A DNA stretch of 64,000 nucleotides from Candidatus Omnitrophota bacterium (lineage in GTDB: Bacteria; Omnitrophota; Gorgyraeia; Zapsychrales; Zapsychraceae). Location: NCBI GenBank assembly GCA_015233195.1, contig JADFYE010000006.1:6699-70698 (forward strand). The letters are read 5' to 3'. Below are more model-generated notes on this DNA. The model did not search any database and was not told the DNA's origin. It saw nothing but the letters and a program-made list of their open reading frames with translations. The stretch's first letter is position 1. The DNA itself is not shown here.

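Noticed and set aside
17500-64000. About 70 minus-strand and off-frame plus-strand ORFs of 60-208 aa listed in the ORF track inside the giant-gene region (e.g. 28671-29297 -, 41661-42197 -, 26064-26432 -, 35346-35729 -, 49929-50276 +).
   Set aside because: All overlap the continuous frame-1 ORF that carries recognisable domains. Their translations are low-complexity (Ala/Ser/Pro/Cys/Leu-rich) mirror images of Gly/Ala/Ser-rich or AT-rich coding sequence. I saw no SD sequences or recognisable motifs.
17485-64000. Giant ORF as a product of an alternative genetic code or stop-codon reassignment.
   Set aside because: No TAA, TAG or TGA occurs in frame 1 at all, so nothing needs to be recoded. Flanking genes terminate with TAG (1354), TAA (1709, 3131, 12347) and TGA (4997, 6900), consistent with the standard bacterial code.
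17485-64000. NRPS/PKS megasynthase, or a classical tandem-repeat adhesin (RTX/Bap/Ig-repeat), as the identity of the giant ORF.
   Set aside because: I saw no condensation, adenylation, KS or AT motifs and no carrier-protein serine motif. There are also no long tandem repeats. The recognisable content (C39, SecA-like, GT48, UDPGP-like, kinase-like, many TM helices) is of a different kind.
1-64000. CRISPR arrays, rRNA/tRNA genes, integrases or prophage blocks.
   Set aside because: I saw no regularly spaced direct repeats, no rRNA-like or cloverleaf-capable sequence in the few intergenic regions (1357-1453, 1712-1813, 3134-3345, 16633-16723, 16961-17484), and no recombinase-like ORFs.

Overview
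AT-rich bacterial window using the standard genetic code (neighbouring genes end in TAG, TAA and TGA). It has two parts.

**Part 1, nt 1 to about 17.4 kb.**
- A Tad/Flp-type (type IVc-like) pilus locus lies on the + strand.
  - It starts with a 5'-truncated CpaF/TadA ATPase, a DUF192 protein and an HTH protein.
  - A promoter-like site and a roughly 150-nt hairpin-rich leader follow.
  - Next come eleven prepilin-like genes: eight Flp-like (one 46-aa gene is missing from the ORF track), two TadE-like, and one 1,733-aa Cys-rich TadG-like protein.
  - TadB and TadC platform proteins close the locus.
- No prepilin peptidase, secretin or TadZ/CpaE is visible in the window.
- A convergent gene on the - strand fuses a polytopic membrane domain to a YdjC-type deacetylase.
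- An orphan antitoxin-like ORF and a non-coding stretch with repeats and a G-rich hairpin follow.

**Part 2, nt 17485 to the window end.**
- This is a single uninterrupted reading frame in + frame 1. I translated it codon by codon and met no stop.
- It covers 46,516 nt, or 15,505 complete codons, and is still open at nt 64000.
- It is absent from the supplied ORF track, apparently because no stop is reached.
- It encodes a mosaic giant membrane protein with these parts, in order:
  - an N-terminal TM helix and a C39-like cysteine peptidase;
  - two glycine-zipper-rich hydrophobic blocks;
  - two long beta-rich, non-repetitive regions;
  - two divergent SecA-DEAD-like ATPase modules;
  - a clear FKS/callose-synthase-like GT48 beta-1,3-glucan synthase module with flanking TM bundles;
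  - UDP-sugar-pyrophosphorylase-like, APH-type kinase-like and HAD-like domains directly after it;
  - several small HExxH-type modules;
  - three tandem modules bounded by in-frame signal-peptide/lipobox and TM-plus-Arg-cluster segments;
  - a protein-kinase-like domain and a degenerate P-loop kinase-like domain.

The giant gene next to a Tad-like secretion/pilus locus matches what I recall of giant genes reported from Candidatus Omnitrophota metagenomes. That is from memory and was not checked here. The embedded GT48 module and the sugar-activation cassette are the most unexpected content.
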